A DNA stretch of 64,000 nt from Vicugna vicugna. Lineage: Eukaryota. The stretch is taken from positions 1,054,001 through 1,118,000 of the forward strand of contig MU058636.1 of assembly GCA_013265495.1 (NCBI GenBank), in the 5' to 3' direction. A program made the translations under genes and the position numbers. The notes below the pieces were generated by a model. That model made no database searches, was not told the DNA's origin, and saw only the letters and a list, made by a program, of their open reading frames with translations. Below, piece after piece: positions 61,830-64,000 of the stretch. The first letter of the stretch is position 1; every line of letters starts with the position of its first letter.

Positions 61830-62147
61830 GCTCACAATCCATTATCTACAATTCCAACATCCAAAACCCAAGAGGCCTGGGGATTTTTTGTCTCTTGCAT
61901 TTAGAGGCAAACCTGACCTAAAACGAGATGAGGCAAATTAGGATCTTAATTCATGACACTTAGGACAACTGCTGATACCCTCTGCTAGAGGAATGCTCGT
62001 GAGTTTAATTATGACGTGCTGCCCTAGACCTGGGGCTGTTAAATAAAGCGTGACAGCTGCCTTAGACTGACTTCCTGAAGTCTGCACATTTCTGAAATCT
62101 GAAACACATCTGCCCTCGCAGGTTTTGAACAAGGGATTATGGATCCT
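61830..62147. mobile_element. Tigger/MER46-like DNA transposon relic
   Basis: Imperfect terminal inverted repeats CACAATCCATTATC / AAGGGATTATGGA; TTCTGAAATCTGAAACACATCTG. Confidence 0.5.
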
Positions 62148-62457
62148 CTCAACACACCCAAGGGGCAGAGAAAAATAGTTCCAAAAATGACAAGTGAAGG
62201 AGGAGGCTGACTGCTTCGGGCATGCTGTTTTATCTGTGCGTGTCCCTCTTTGGGAGATGCAGTAACCTAGCAATAATTAGATACACTTCTGTGCTTGTTT
62301 TCTGGATGAAAAGGCTGCAAATGCATGTTATTTTCCTGTGGCACCGAGTTCTGAGCAAAAGTGAATTGAGTGATAAAAGAAATGGAGTTTGCTCCAACTG
62401 GCCCTGGAGTTCTGAGCGCGGCCAGTTGGAGCAAACGGTGGTCCTGCCAGCCTCACC

Positions 62458-62655
62458 GTGTGTGTGTGTGTCTGTGTGTGGTCTGTGTGGTGTGTGTGAG
62501 GGGAGCTGTGTGCACATGCTGATGGGTGTGTAGTATGTCTGTGTGGCGTGGGAGGTGTATGTGAATATGGTTGGGTGTGTGTGTGGTGTGTGTACATGTG
62601 TGGAGTGTGTGTGTGATGAGGTGTGTATATGGTGGTGGTGGGGTGTGTGTGTGTC
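62458..62655. repeat. Degenerate (TG)n/(TGTGG)n low-complexity tract
   Basis: Directly visible. Confidence 0.9.
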
Positions 62656-64000
62656 TATGCTACTGTCTACCCTCAGCCTCCAAGCACGGTCCGCATCCGA
62701 AGTGAAGTGAGAAAGTTGCCCAGTGAACGCGTCGCACACAGGGAACTCTGCTGAAGACCAGCTCTCTCACTGTCCACATCAGCTTCAAACAACAAGACCA
62801 AAGCGTTTCTCTAGTCTCCGAAACTTGGCCAAAGCCTCAGAGCTGAGAAATGAATGACAGGAACTCCTTCTTCTGAAGGAAGGTTCTAGACTCACCTACG
62901 CAGTTAAAATACAGCGAGGCAACCCAATAACCACTACCTCAGGCTCGCTGAGGAGGCTGCAGTGTTTCTGAGAGGCCCTGGGGGACCCCAGGAGAAGGTT
63001 TCCTGGAGACCGGGGCTGCCTGGAAGCAGCTCGCTCCCTGCCAAGTGCCTGCTGAGCCAGGGGAACAACTCTGAGGCCTGGCCCTAGCTGCTTCCAGAGC
63101 AGGGGCTCTTGAGAGGCGTGTCCCTGGGGGTTTGGGACACACGCACGGAGTGGGACCATACCTGTGTTTCCTCTAGACATTTCTGGGAGGGGATGTCAGT
63201 GAGGAGTGAGGAGAGACAGCCCCCATGGGAGCCGGCTGCCCTTAGACACTGTGCAGGACCAGGAGGCAGGAGGGTCCCCGTCCCTGGAGGGGAGTCAGGC
63301 CCACGTCACCCTGGAGGACTCTGCCCAAGAGGGCTGCCTGCTGGCACAAGGGGTTTTAGCCAGAAGAGTCTACAGGTGTAACATCACAGGTGCAGGAGCT
63401 GAAGGCGTGGACGCAACAGAGTGGCCCAGGAGGGCAGCCCACAAGAGAGAAAGCAAGAATTTGAAAGTCTTCCGAAACAGAAGGCATCTGACAGACAAGG
63501 GGGAACAAACAGCACCAGCTACACGTAAAAGCCCCTTTTCCTCTCCTCCTTGTCCCCCTCCTCATCCCGTCTCAGACACGGAGGAGGCAGAAGCTGTGGG
63601 GAGGGGCTGGAAGTGGAGCAAGAAAAGTGAAAAGTCAAATCGCGCTCCCCTTGTTTTCCTAACGCCTGGTCCCCAGCTGTGGGCTGGGGCTGAAATGCAG
63701 GGAGAGGGTGCTGACGGTGGAGTGGAAGGCTGCCCGTCGAGTGCCTTTCCTGGTTCAGGCACAGTGTGCTTCCTAGGTGTGGACTCACGTCTTTCATCAG
63801 TCCTGGAGAATGATCTCTATATACCGTCTCTGTTCTCTCCTCTGGCATTCTGACTGGATGTAACTTAGACTGCCTCACTCAGCATTCCACATCTGTTACC
63901 ATCTCTTTAATGTTTTCCGCTCACATCCTTAATGTGAGTAATTTCTTTGGTTATAACTCCTAGTTCACAATTTTTCCTTCAACTGTGTCTAATTTGCTGT

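Overview
Mammalian genomic DNA, most likely a camelid (tRNA-derived Vic-1-like SINEs plus artiodactyl-type L1 3' ends). Two genes converge tail-to-tail. On the + strand is the 3' half of WASF3 (WAVE3): a pair of mutually exclusive exons at 4152-4327 and 7074-7240, then exons at 7993-8256, 9512-9837 and 12895-13052 (stop), with a ~2.9 kb 3' UTR. On the - strand is GPR12: a single coding exon at 51974-52978 (334 aa), a CpG-island 5' exon/promoter at ~53.2-54.3 kb and a long 3' UTR. The rest is intergenic DNA rich in L1, L2, MIR, MER, MLT and ERV-LTR relics, with three short assembly gaps in G/C-rich spots. I see no prokaryote-type system and no new protein-coding gene. Three observations stand out: (1) the WASF3 mutually exclusive exons look WAVE1-like versus WAVE2-like and carry opposing RBFOX/QKI motif layouts; (2) several AT-rich L1 relics appear rewritten almost only by A/T->G/C changes into orphan CpG-rich patches, consistent with strong GC-biased gene conversion; (3) there is a short uORF in the putative GPR12 leader. 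Repeat family names and orthologue comparisons are from memory, not from database searches.
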